A DNA stretch of 63,858 nt, counting the filler, from Lenisia limosa (Eukaryota; Protista; Breviatea), in NCBI GenBank assembly GCA_001655205.1. It is 13 parts of 13 records of this genome, joined end to end, with 100 filler letters (N's around TTAATTAATTAA, not from the genome) between each part and the next. Parts side by side here need not be neighbours in the genome. Positions count along the whole stretch, not along the records: positions 4,277 to 14,978 come from LPNZ01006067.1; positions 15,079 to 18,758 come from LPNZ01007102.1; positions 18,859 to 20,780 come from LPNZ01008710.1; positions 20,881 to 37,783 come from LPNZ01001690.1; 9 more parts are not named here. The stretch is one strand, 5' to 3'. Positions 12,801 to 24,100 of this stretch are shown here, in pieces. How positions within the stretch are numbered: the first letter of the stretch is position 1; each line of letters starts with the position of its first letter. Below the pieces are notes generated by a model, which was given only the letters and a program-made list of their open reading frames with translations, was not told where the DNA came from and ran no database searches. Position numbers and translations under genes: made by a program.

Positions 12801-14880
12801 ACGCTTCCGAGGTATCTGGCTCGCCCTCGTGGCTATCCTTTTTCTTGTCTCTTCATTACACTTTAGAACGGATTTGAGAAAATTGTGTCAACCCTTTTAC
12901 GCGTTTGCTGGGATTTACTTCTGTATTTCTTTTTCTTTGGGTTACTAGGCAGTTTCTTTTATTACAGTTCACACAAGCATGTACTATTATTACTTGTCAT
13001 GCTGAAAGTCAGTTGAAAATCATGTGGATTACATGTCAGCTAACAAGTAACCCAATTTGATGCGTTGTGAAGTCATTGATACGTCTGCAAGGCGGTGAGC
13101 GCCGACGAGAAAGATGCTTCAGGTGCTTTGTCACTATTTTTGAAGCCAGGTTAACAGAAACAAGGTTACACACATAATCGTAAGAAATGCCGACGTGAGG
13201 GCAATTTTCTCTCCGGTCACATCGTCCACACCGGCAATATTAAAGTTAGCAGAGCCTAGAATAGTCAGAGTAGGGAAATAGAAAAATGAGTAATGCCAAA
13301 ACAAACTGTAATTTAGCGGCTGGCTTCCTCCAACAATTGATGCGACGCGAAAGTCCGTTACCTTGACCTCCATGTTACCTAATAGCATATAAGTTGCTAT
13401 TCTAAAATCAGCAAATACGTCAAAAAGAAAACATAGTTTGATGAGTTAAGGACATATGAGCAGTACTGTGATTGAAATCCGAAATGCACATTTGCCAATA
13501 GAATCCTCTATTACAATCTCCATCCCAAATATCACTTTCTAGGCTGGAGGAGACCCCAATATTGCTGATGACCAGGGCAGGTAAGCTCAGTTTAACAGGA
13601 CTTTATTTGCCGCTGGTTGGGTTACCAGGAAGTTGGAATGGATGTTGCCTGGGGTTCTATCATGTTTTTAAGATACACTTAACCATATACTATGTTACAC
13701 TTACTAAACATAACTAATAAAATGTAAACACTTAACATATCATATGATATCTTATAACTGACTGATCTGAGGGATTCAATCCTTTTGTTTATTATCATAA
13801 TATCCCTCTTTTTCCCAAGTGAAGCCTCCCTAATGCCCAGAACGGCTCTCCTTGTTGCAGCCCGAAGCAAACACGAGGACTGTGCTCGTATTCTGTTTGA
13901 AGCGGTAAGCCTTTTCACACATTTCTAAAGGACAGATGAACTATGGGTTCGTCTCAGCCTTCTACTCCTTCACATCAACTTCCCTGATATTTGTCGCTAT
14001 GTGGATAACATTTTCATTCTCCCTTTTGATCTCATGACGGAAATGTAATAGTGTTAAAAGAGTAGGTCACAAGTTTGATTAAAATGAGGGTTTCACTTCG
14101 CTTCAAAAAAGACTGATTTTCTCGATAAATCCTCGGAAACTATCGATAGTTTACCGGTCTTTTTTGAATCGAAGTGAAGCCCTAATCTCACGTTACCAGG
14201 GGGGCTCCGGGGATCCGTCGAAGAACCAGGTGCCACCCCTCACAGCGGCGGCCAGTCTTGGCCTCTCCAATGTCACTGAAATGCTCTTGAGTGGTGGCGA
14301 TGACCCCGAGCGACTGGACCTGGAGGTGTGGGAGATTTGGTGTTTTATGTCGTTTCGAGAAGAATATATGATATAGTGTATTATGTCGTGTAAATGACCC
14401 TGTTTTTTGGGGTCAGAAATCTGGTGGGCTTTATTGAATGAATAAATATGGTCTTTCGCCTTTCCCAAAACAACTCCAGGGGATAACGGCAGAGTTGATT
14501 TTGAGTTTATTTTTGTTTTATTTGATTTTTCATTTTCACTCTCCAGGGGATGTCAGCCCTACACGCTGCCGCCATAGTGGGACATGTCAGTGTGATCAAG
14601 CAGCTCATGGAGGCAGGTCCGTGCCGGGGAGGTCTTTCTTCTCATTTGCATGGCTAAAAATGACAGTGTCACGTAATTGGACTGTTACGCTACTATTTTT
14701 CCTGTGGATGATATCTAATAACATGACATTGTATCTAGGCTTAAACAAGCCATTGTATCTAGGCTTTATTGGCTTTTCTATGTTCTAATATCCCTCCATT
14801 GTATCTTATCACTCCAGGTGCCTCACTGCTCTCACGAACGAGGGATGGTGACACACCGCTTCATCTTGCCGCTCGAGAAG
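9897..14880 (+). CDS. Multi-ankyrin-repeat protein, partial
   Basis: Many exons with TPLH-type motifs: GITPIHLAARWG, GTTMHHAADGN, SQPLHCAAAGC, GVTPLHLA, MTPLHVAAQNGH, GMSALHAAAIVGH, GDTPLHLAAREG. Confidence 0.85.
11950..12038. mobile_element. MITE family C (TA-flanked, TIR GGGCTTCACTTCGGTTCGAA)
   Basis: TA|GGGCTTCACTTTGGTTCGAA...TTCGAACCGAAGTGAAGCCC|TA. Other copies at ~4380-4466, 11607-11698, 14088-14182, 16481-16575, 39183-39275, 39670-39761 and 40867-40939. Confidence 0.85.
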
Positions 14881-15561
14881 GTACGTCTCTTAGAGAATCA
14901 ACATTCCTTCTGAACATGTGTGGACAGCTCAGGCCTGACTATTAATTGTTATTCACCCCCCCCCCCTGAGTGATGCAGNNNNNNNNNNNNNNNNNNNNNN
15001 NNNNNNNNNNNNNNNNNNNNNNTTAATTAATTAANNNNNNNNNNNNNNNNNNNNNNNNNNNNNNNNNNNNNNNNNNNNCCCCCCCCCCCCCCGTTTCGGG
15101 TGATCAAGTGGTGGCAGGTGGTAGAATAAGTAATATAACTAGGGCTTCACTTCAATATATGATATAACCATTCTACTACCCCATGGGGCTGAGGCTCTTC
15201 GGAGGCTGTCTTGGGCTGCATTTGAGTCATTTTGTTTTTATCACGTACTCACGTTTGTTACTCGGGTTTGTGATTGCTTATTTTTTGCTTGTTTTTGGGA
15301 TTGCATGCTATTTGTTTTTTTTTTTTTTNNNNNNNNNNNNNNNNNNNNNNNNNNNNNNNNNNNNNNNNNNNNNNNNNNNNNNNNNNNNNNNNNNNNNNNN
15401 NNNNNNNNNNNNNNNNNNNNNNNNNNNNNNNNNNNNNNNNNNNNNNNNNNNNNNNNNNNNNNNNNNNNNNNNNNNNNNNNNNNNNNNNNNNNNNNNNNNN
15501 NNNNNNNNNNNNNNNNNNNNNNNNNNNNNNNNNNNNNNNNNNNNNNNNNNNNNNNNNNNNN

Positions 15562-18500
15562 GGGCAGCTTCGGCAGAATGGTTGTGGATCTTGCAGGGTT
15601 CTCTACTCACCCTGAGGTCTCTTCCGTTCTGAAGGTCCGGGGGTATAAGAAAGCTGTGTGCACAGAGTTGTAAGGCAAATGATTGGGTGAATTAGTAAAA
15701 TAATAGAATCCAATATCTCTTAAAAGTGTGGTGGTGTGGACGGCTTCGGCCATATACCCTATTTTTCATTTCTTATTGCTATACAATTATAATATACGTA
15801 AGGGATATTTGTTTCGTGAAATAAGCTATACGAAATATAGTACACTATTATATATCGATATTATAATGCAATAATGTCCGTCTTTTTTATCCTTTATAGT
15901 ACAAAGATGTGGGGGAGTGGACAATCGTAGACCTCAATCCGCATATTCCTTCCAGAGGCCTCAACATCACTCTTTCGAGTGGTGCTTATCATGTGAAGGT
16001 TTGGGGGTGGAATGTCAGTGTAGACATTTTAATATTTTCCCAGTTTTTTTTTTTAGATTTTAGTCTTCTGTGTACTGTTAGATATCAGATAATTATCATT
16101 ATATTATGCATGTATATTTTTTCCCTTCACAAATCAAATGTGAATATCGAAGAACTATAATACAGTTTTGAAAGGGAATAGCTGATTTCGTAAATAATTA
16201 ACGACATTAATTCGAATTAACGACAAAATTTTGGACACTGGTGAATAAAAGGATTTGTTCTTATTTGTGTCTTTTCACCTAAATTTGTCAACATTTTCAC
16301 ATAGTTTTGTGAATACTTTCCGGTTTGTTCTTTTGTTAACATGAGGTTTTTTAAAACTTATTGTCTGAACCTTTTTATGGCTTGTCTCATTTTGACTATT
16401 TACAGACCTGTCACATCTACCAAGGAATCAGCCACTGTTGTGGAACTTCGGAGGTATGGGGCGTCGGGATTGGAGAGTAAGGCTTCACTTCGGTTCAAAA
16501 AAAGACTGAAATTTTCGATAAATCCTCGAAAACTATCGTTATTTCACCAGTATTGTTCGCGCCGAAGTGGAGCCCTTGGATTCACTAAAGGACCAAAAAA
16601 CCCTACCATCCCCCCGGCCCGGGGTAAGGTCTAACTAAGTCTCTAGGTTGTGGTTCAATCAGCGTCCTTCCCTGTTTTCGAGTGTAATGGCCCGTCAAAA
16701 TGCAGAGCCACATCATCAGCCTCGTTAACTATGGCTGATACTAATACGATTGAGGTGGGGGGGGGGGGGTTAAANNNNNNNNNNNNNNNNNNNNNNNNNN
16801 NNNNNNNNNNNNNNNNNNNNNNNNNNTAAATATACTATATGAAATATCATCATATAGGGACTGGGATAATTCTTGACCAATTTGCTCTATGATTTTCCGA
16901 GGAAAATCGGTCAAGACTTTCACTGTGATATACAGACCAAGATGACCGATTTTCCTTGGGAAATCACATATCAAATCGGTCAAGACTTATCCCGGTCACT
17001 GTACCTGTTCTTCACCACCCACCCACCCTCCATAGAAGCACCTCACCTTTTAGACTTGGATATTCGTTCCGGATTCGACCGATTATAGTTGTAAGCTAGG
17101 CGTAAATTGTGAAGAAATTAACATTATAATAAAAAATTGTGTCAATACTTCTCCAAGTGACTTCTCAATATCTGTGACAGCTGATGCTCAATATGGGTTT
17201 TTTAAAAACAAGACAAAACAGTATCATTACATGTAGTGTATAGTGTATACAGATTTAGTGCTATTTGAAACAACTGTTCTAATGAGATAGTGCAATTTTT
17301 AACGTATTTTTTTTAGTAGTTTCACTATTTAGTGCTGTTTGATATGACGTATAGCGGCGTTCATGAAAAGCTCTATTTGAAACTGGTGGGGGGGGGGGCG
17401 AAGAGGTGGGGACCGAAAGGCTAGGTTTTGACCAAGATTTTGGGTTCTTCAATTGGCATAAAAAAGTGCTTAAGCGAAGAAAGAGGGAAGAGGAGGCCTT
17501 AGGATGAGGAAGTTAGATTTTGGCTCGGATAATTTNNNNNNNNNNNNNNNNNNNNNNNNNNNNNNNNNNNNNNNNNNNNNNNNNNNNNNNNNNNNNNNNN
17601 NNNNNNNNNNNNNNNNNNNNNNNNNNNNNNNNNNNNNNNNNNNNNNNNNNNNNNNNNNNNNNNNNNNNNNNNNNNNNNNNNNNNNNNNNNNNNNNNNNNN
17701 NNNNNNTGAAGGTTGTAGCCATTTTACAAGTTAAATGGCCCTGTATGTATTCCCTCACCCTGTTTTTTTAAAAACTCTCTCCTCACATTCCAATACTCCC
17801 CCCCTTCTCATTCCTCCCAACTATGCTGAAGCACGAGAAAGCCCTTCTTATTCCTCCCCAACTATGCTGGGGAAGCACGAGAAAGCCCTTCTTATTCCTC
17901 CCCAACTATGCTGGGGAAGCACGAGAAAGCCGTGTACACAGAGACTTCCTTTGTTTTACTCCTACCGCTTCCATGCGGTGCTCTAGAAGTGACTGGCCTG
18001 GACTTTGTTTGTTTTGTTATCAACCCTTGTGTTTTGTTAGCCAACCGAGTTGATTTGGGTTTTTTTGTTTCATAAATTTTCCAATTTTACTCCCTCCCGC
18101 CTGAGGTTGCACTATTGCTTGTTTTTTTTTGTTTTTTTGTTTGTTTGGAGTTTCAGATTATTCGGTTCGTGATTAGTACATTTACGCCAAGCAAATATTC
18201 TTCATCGAATTTTTTCTCGTTTTACTCCCCCTCCCTATTAGGCTGCCCATGCCGGCGAGCTGGCTCTTTGGTCTATCCCCGTAACTAACAGGATTATTGA
18301 CGCCTCAGAAGTGAAATGTTTTGGGGTGAAATATCGATATTTATCGAGGATATTATGATATTTATCGAAGTCGAGGGTTTATCGAGGATTTATCGAGGAT
18401 TTATCGAGGATATATCGATAAATAGTGTGTACTTTTTTCTAAAGGATGGAAGATCGAATTTAGAATTATTATTCATTACTATTTTATTTAATTTCTTTTT

Positions 18501-18744
18501 TTTTTGGGGGGGGGGTATCTTCCATGAAGACTATTCAAATTATATGTTCCTTACTATACACATTTTCAGGAGGGCTGGATTATCGAGGGTTTATCGAGCA
18601 TTCATCGATATGTATTGAGTTATCGCACGCAACTATAAATTGAAATCCCTTTCATTTCCGCCTCACAATATAGTGGACCAATGGAACCATTTTGCGTCCG
18701 TGGATACGGGGTCGACCCTGATCACCTATATAAATGGAGTGCAA
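15562..18744 (+). CDS. Extracellular beta-rich protein with a LamG/concanavalin-like jelly-roll motif, partial
   Basis: GT-AG exons include YKDVGEWTIVDLNPH... and DQWNHFASVDTGSTLITYINGVQ, which fits the W-x-H-x-A...Y-I-N-G signature of Laminin_G_3. Confidence 0.55.
15650..15785 (+). repeat. Repeat family B copy
   Basis: Consensus CTGTGTGCACAGAGTTGTAAGGCAAATGATTGGG...CAATATCTCTTATAAGCGTGATGGTGTGGACGGCTTCGGCCAGATACAACCTT..TTTATTTCTCATTGCTATA. Copies near 1010, 2270, 10430, 15650, 19110, 37750, 38270, 40015, 49310, 54685, 56895, 61365 and 63565. Confidence 0.85.
17807..17931. repeat. Tandem repeat, ~44 bp x ~3
   Basis: Unit CTTCTTATTCCTCCCCAACTATGCTGGGGAAGCACGAGAAAGCC. Confidence 0.85.
18106..18236 (+). 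repeat. Repeat family D copy (shares the TTTTACTCCCC end with family A)
   Basis: Core GTTTCAGATTATTCGGTTCGTGAT..TAC.TTTACGCCA..TATTCTTCATCG also occurs at 57112-57192 (+), 2735-2860 (-), 2895-2960 (-) and 9663-9735 (-). Confidence 0.75.
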
Positions 18745-19010
18745 GTGGGGGGGGGGGGNNNNNNNNNNNNNNNNNNNNNNNNNNNNNNNNNNNNNNNNNN
18801 NNTTAATTAATTAANNNNNNNNNNNNNNNNNNNNNNNNNNNNNNNNNNNNNNNNNNNNTGGGAGATGAACGAATGAAGAATGGGAGGGGAGGGGGGTGGG
18901 CTAATATGGGGATTGAATAGAGGGGATAGTGGGAACATGTTCTGTTATTTCCCTAGATATATTAAGGCCTCATGAAGTCCTTGGCAATACGTTTCAGTAC
19001 TTACCTTGAC

Positions 19011-20678
19011 TTTGGATTTCGACTTCGGGCTGAATAGTGAGTAAGGAAGAGAAAATTTATTACTAGAAGGGAATTAATGACCCCACAAGAAAAGACCAAT
19101 ATCATATAATTTAGATATCAGAAATAAAACCAGGTTATATCTGGCCGAAGCCGTCCGCACACGCTTATAAGAGATATTGAACTATAGCATAATATTAATA
19201 GCAATACTCTACCATATAATACCGCAAAACACCCCCCCCCCCCACGGAAAANNNNNNNNNNNNNNNNNNNNNNNNNNNNNNNNNNNNNNNNNNNNNNNNN
19301 NNNNNNNNNNNNNAGCAGCAAAGAAGCCGCATTTGAGGGTGATATGGATCTGTCCGGCCGCGGGCTCCTTGCGTCGGATCCTGCGGGAGTTAAATTGGAA
19401 ATTTTATGAAACAAACAAAAAGCCCAAAATAAAATCAACTCATAATAATGGGGGGAGGGGGGGAGGTACCCCCAACACATAGACTGTAAATTGTATAACT
19501 CCCTCCAACACATATATTGGGGACTTCATAACTCGGCCGCTACGACTGCGCTCGATTTCAGATGCCTAAAGGGAGCTTAACCAAGGACTTTGATGAATAT
19601 CGAAGTAATGGGGAGGGGGGGGGGTTAAGATTTAAAAAGAAATCATAATATCATATACTAATAGTATATTGCATAATTACATCTGATCGATATACTATCA
19701 AATGATATGATATGATATGTTGAAGTAACCAAGGATATGCCTACAATTTGGTTTTTAGCGATGTCGTAGATGGTGAACGCGTCGTCTTTGATGTTCAAGT
19801 GCTGTACAATGTTGTAGCGAAGATCCTGCAATGTGAGGTGTCGAAATTGCGTGCTGCAATTTTGGTGAGGAGCAAAAAGACTAGAATTCTCGATATTAAG
19901 CATTGAGAAATGGTCGAAAACTTCTTGTTATTGTATGAAGATGGAGATGAAGAGCTCGTAGGCATTATATAATATGTATATATCAGATATACGTGGAGAG
20001 CATCTGGAATTATACCATATGATATATATCCTAATGCATAGTATTTGGAATATGATCATCATGTATAGTTATATTATGTGATAGTAAAAGGGGGAGCGTT
20101 CATGAAAGATATTTACCTGGGCAAAGTCGAACATTCGGTACATTACTTCGCGTGCAATAATAGGCATTCTGGGGGAGAAGGTTGGATACGAAACAAAAAA
20201 GAAGCATTCCGGGAGTTGAAACAAGTTACTTTACCCACTTTACACAGAATATTAAGCCCCAAAAGCAAGTTCAAAGACCCCCCCCCCCACGGATTAGCTG
20301 GCGAGCACGACGGTTGGTANNNNNNNNNNNNNNNNNNNNNNNNNNNNNNNNNNNNNNNNNNNNNNNNNNNNNNNNNNNNNNNNNNNNNNNNNNNNNNNNN
20401 NNNNNNNNNNAGCACGACGGTTGGTAGAGAATGGTCAGTTTGCGGACATTCATCATTGACAATGACAAGTAAGGCATTCGCTCAAATACGCGACTGTGCT
20501 CTTGGGGCTAGAGGGTGAAGGAGGGAATTTATGATAGTATATGATACATAGTATAATATATATAGTATATTATATATATTATATCATATACGATGAGTAT
20601 TACCCATCCCTACGGTTGAGCAATTGCAATTGTGCTTCACAGTTGTACGGACTAGCCCAAAGAAGTTTCGCACAATTT
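19011..20678 (-). CDS. Fragment of an unidentified spliced gene (possible C2-like end)
   Basis: Exons EIVRNFFGLVRTTVKHNC, TQFRHLTLQDLRYNIVQHLNIKDDAFTIYD and IRRKEPAAGQIHITLKCGFF, each with a canonical acceptor. Confidence 0.4.
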
Positions 20679-21154
20679 CTGGGGGGGTAAAGAAAATGTA
20701 TGAAACAAAAAAAAAAGAATAATAAAAAAGAAGCCCATAATCAACTCTGTTAGCTAGCGAGAGGGGGGGGGGGAGTTAAANNNNNNNNNNNNNNNNNNNN
20801 NNNNNNNNNNNNNNNNNNNNNNNNTTAATTAATTAANNNNNNNNNNNNNNNNNNNNNNNNNNNNNNNNNNNNNNNNNNNNAAAAAGGACATTTCAATTTC
20901 ATAGTATCAAAGCTGACCGTGCTTTAGGTGATTATATCTACAGGAGACAGAAAAGCGGAAACAAATCGAGGAAAATGAAAAAGATTGAGGTTAAAATCCA
21001 GAGTTTACAAACCGTATCTAAAGATGACAAGATCAAGTGATCACTTGTGTTGATTATTTCTTGAAGTCTATCGCCTCTGGGCTCTTTGATCTTAAAATGT
21101 TTATCAGGGATTAAATGAACGAAACTTGGATCGAAATATTATTGCAATAGTTGG

Positions 21155-24100
21155 ATGAGTTCACTCTCTCCTCCTCTCTGCTTCTCTGTTTCTCTTCTTG
21201 GGTTCAACAACAGCGTTGACTGTTTCTTACAGTGATCTGATGAGGTTTGAAGAGAATTTCCTAACAATCACCATTAAGCAGACTCCCGCTTTAAACCAAC
21301 TTAATTGTTTAGGACTTCACTTTCTCATTCAAACATTTTCATATTTCCTCACANNNNNNNNNNNNNNNNNNNNNNNNNNNNNNNNNNNNNNNNNNNNNNN
21401 NNNNNNNNCTTTTCAGTTTTTTTTAATGAAATACCAAGAAAACAAAGAAGTCGATTTTCCCTTAAAATCCTATTTTTGCACACAAAACCAATTTTGTGTC
21501 ATAATATGTTTTTGAGTTTGGTAAAATCAATTTTATTCAATAAAGTGGCATTTCTAACAACATTAGATGGAATCCCCATTATGGTCAAGCTTGATAAAGA
21601 TATCCAAATTACCACATCAACCCAGGTGTGAATTTGTTCTTTTGTGACTTAATTTGATTTAGTAAATATATATTTTGTTTTTATTTTGACTATACTTGTT
21701 GGCTCTATTAATATTTACATATAATACATACATATGAGATAATACTATATGAGATAGTATGTACATATCGATATGTATATCATATGAAATACTATATGTA
21801 TATAATATGTATGTATATAGTAACTATATCAATAAATGATTTATATTATCATATATCTCCTTAATCATTTAGACCACGTCACCTGGTTCAAATCGACTGA
21901 AGTTATTCACACAAACTGATGTCTTTGTAACCTACAACAGCGAACATGGTGGGACTTGGACACACAGGGGAAGTACCTCGAATGTCCACTTTGATGAGAA
22001 CAGCTTCGACTTTGGCCAAGGCTCTTCTGCTCGTTTTGACTTTTTTTCTACAACTTCAATCGATATATCAGGTGCTCTTCCATTGGATTGGAAGAGCAAA
22101 ATTTCGCAATTTGGATCCTCTGATGCAACTCCTATTACTTATGTTAACGGATACATTGCGACACAGTTCAAGGAGAGGGGTTTTAGATATGGACTTCAAA
22201 TGGAAGAAGACAATCTCTATCCTATTCTTGTATCTTCAACACACGCAAAATCCCAAGGTATTTTTGGAAACATTGCTCTTCAAAAATTCTTCTATATACC
22301 TTTGCTTACTCTTTATAGTACGTGAGCTTGAACTCGAATCCAACCATGAGATTTGTCAGCATTTGAACCGTTATCCTGCATCTTATGAAGTGCGCCGTGA
22401 ACCTGACGCCCCGCTCTGTGGTGAATGTGTCCTTGGTGCTGATCATGCTGGTGATACTGATGCAAGTGATACAATGTGCACTGGAAGCCCCCATCATTGG
22501 GGTCCTTTTAGCTTAATTAACGTTCAACTTGTTAACGAGTGCGTTGCCTTTGATTCTCCAAATTTCAAGAATGATGAACACACTGGTATGGAAGATGATT
22601 TTATTTATTTTCCTATTATTAACCATTATGATTTTTAATCACCTCTTCAGCACAAATTGTTCTCGGAACAGCCCAACTGGCAATTGAAATGTCACCAATC
22701 TATTCTTTAAGCGTGAGTTGGACAAATGATACCGTTCATTAACAGTGTTTTGGCTGTTATTTTATTGCAAAAAATTACTTTATTTTTATTCTTTTAGAAT
22801 ACGTTCACTCAGCTCAAAGTACCAATTAACATTGAATATGTCTGTAATGCTGTCCCCGACCAAGTACAGTGGAAATTTAGCTACGATGGTCCTGTTGTTA
22901 ACGTTTCGCAAGTCAATATTCCTGGTTTTGCTTCCCTTCAATACGCTGGAATAGATGGAAATGGTAAGATTTGTTACGATTTCTTACACCCATTCCTTTT
23001 TTAATAATTTTGATAGGAACTTTTTCCGGCAATCTTGTGGGCGAGCGTCTCAGCAACCATGTTATTGTCAACATATCGCTTCAAGCCCATTTAGAAGCTC
23101 TGAACCTCAACGTACCTATTAAGGTAGGGGAGTTGTATTTTTTTTTAGAATATTCTTTTATTGATATTTACTTCTAATTTTCTCCCTTCAAATATATTCA
23201 AACCATTGCCTATGATATACATATTTCTTATTATAACATCTGTATATATCTGAACTACTACAACCATACACCGTGCAATTAATTGACAGCTGCAATTAAT
23301 TTCAACTATTTTTCCATCTCGGCAATTAATTGGCAATTAATTACTAATTACTTTATAAATAAATCCATATTTTTCACTGGGTACAATATTTGTTATAAAC
23401 TTGATTCTTGAAGCCCTGTTTTATTTTGTTTTTTGCTGATTATACTCTGTTGTCAAACAACCCAAAGTCGGTATTGTCAATCATACTGTTGTTATTTTCC
23501 ATTTTAACCTGTTTAAAATCCCAATGGATTGGTTTGGAGAAAGATTATGCAATTAAATTGGCAAATAATTTTTCCAAAATAAAAATAATTGCAATTAATT
23601 GCAAAAGAATACATAGTAATGGCAAATACCTCACAATATGTGACATTATAAGAAGAATAACTGATCTTATTGATTACTTTTGATTCACGATTTCCAAGAC
23701 TCATTTTGATAAGGGAGTTTTTTATATCCGCATTATATGATTACGTCTCAATACCTAGGTCCAACTTTCTGGTGGTGGGTGTCCTGCGAGTTCTGGAGTT
23801 CATTTTGACTCCTTCCATCTTGAGCTCAAGCAAATGATTTCTGAGTTTGCTTCTGGCTTCAAGTTTTCTGCACTTGGAATATCAGAGCCAACAAAGGAGA
23901 TTGCATCTCGTGGTATAATTGAAAATGTTGAGAGCATGATCCAAACGGATTTGGCTCCTCTGTTGAAGCTTGGTAGGACAAATACGTGGATTGACTTTGA
24001 TTCTGCTGTTGATCTTGTTCTTCCTGGCCTTCCCACTGATTCTGAATTTATGGAAGTTACTTCTAAGATTTGTATTTCACCCCCTTGTTCCATTGATTCT

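Noticed and set aside
21700-21860. AT-rich ATATG/TATA periodic stretches (also 20530-20600)
   Set aside because: Ordinary low-complexity intronic sequence with no higher-order structure that I can see.
22319-22590. Reprolysin/ADAM-like prodomain at the start of the giant protein
   Set aside because: The resemblance is vague (CG..., ECVAFD) and I found no HExxH zinc motif downstream.
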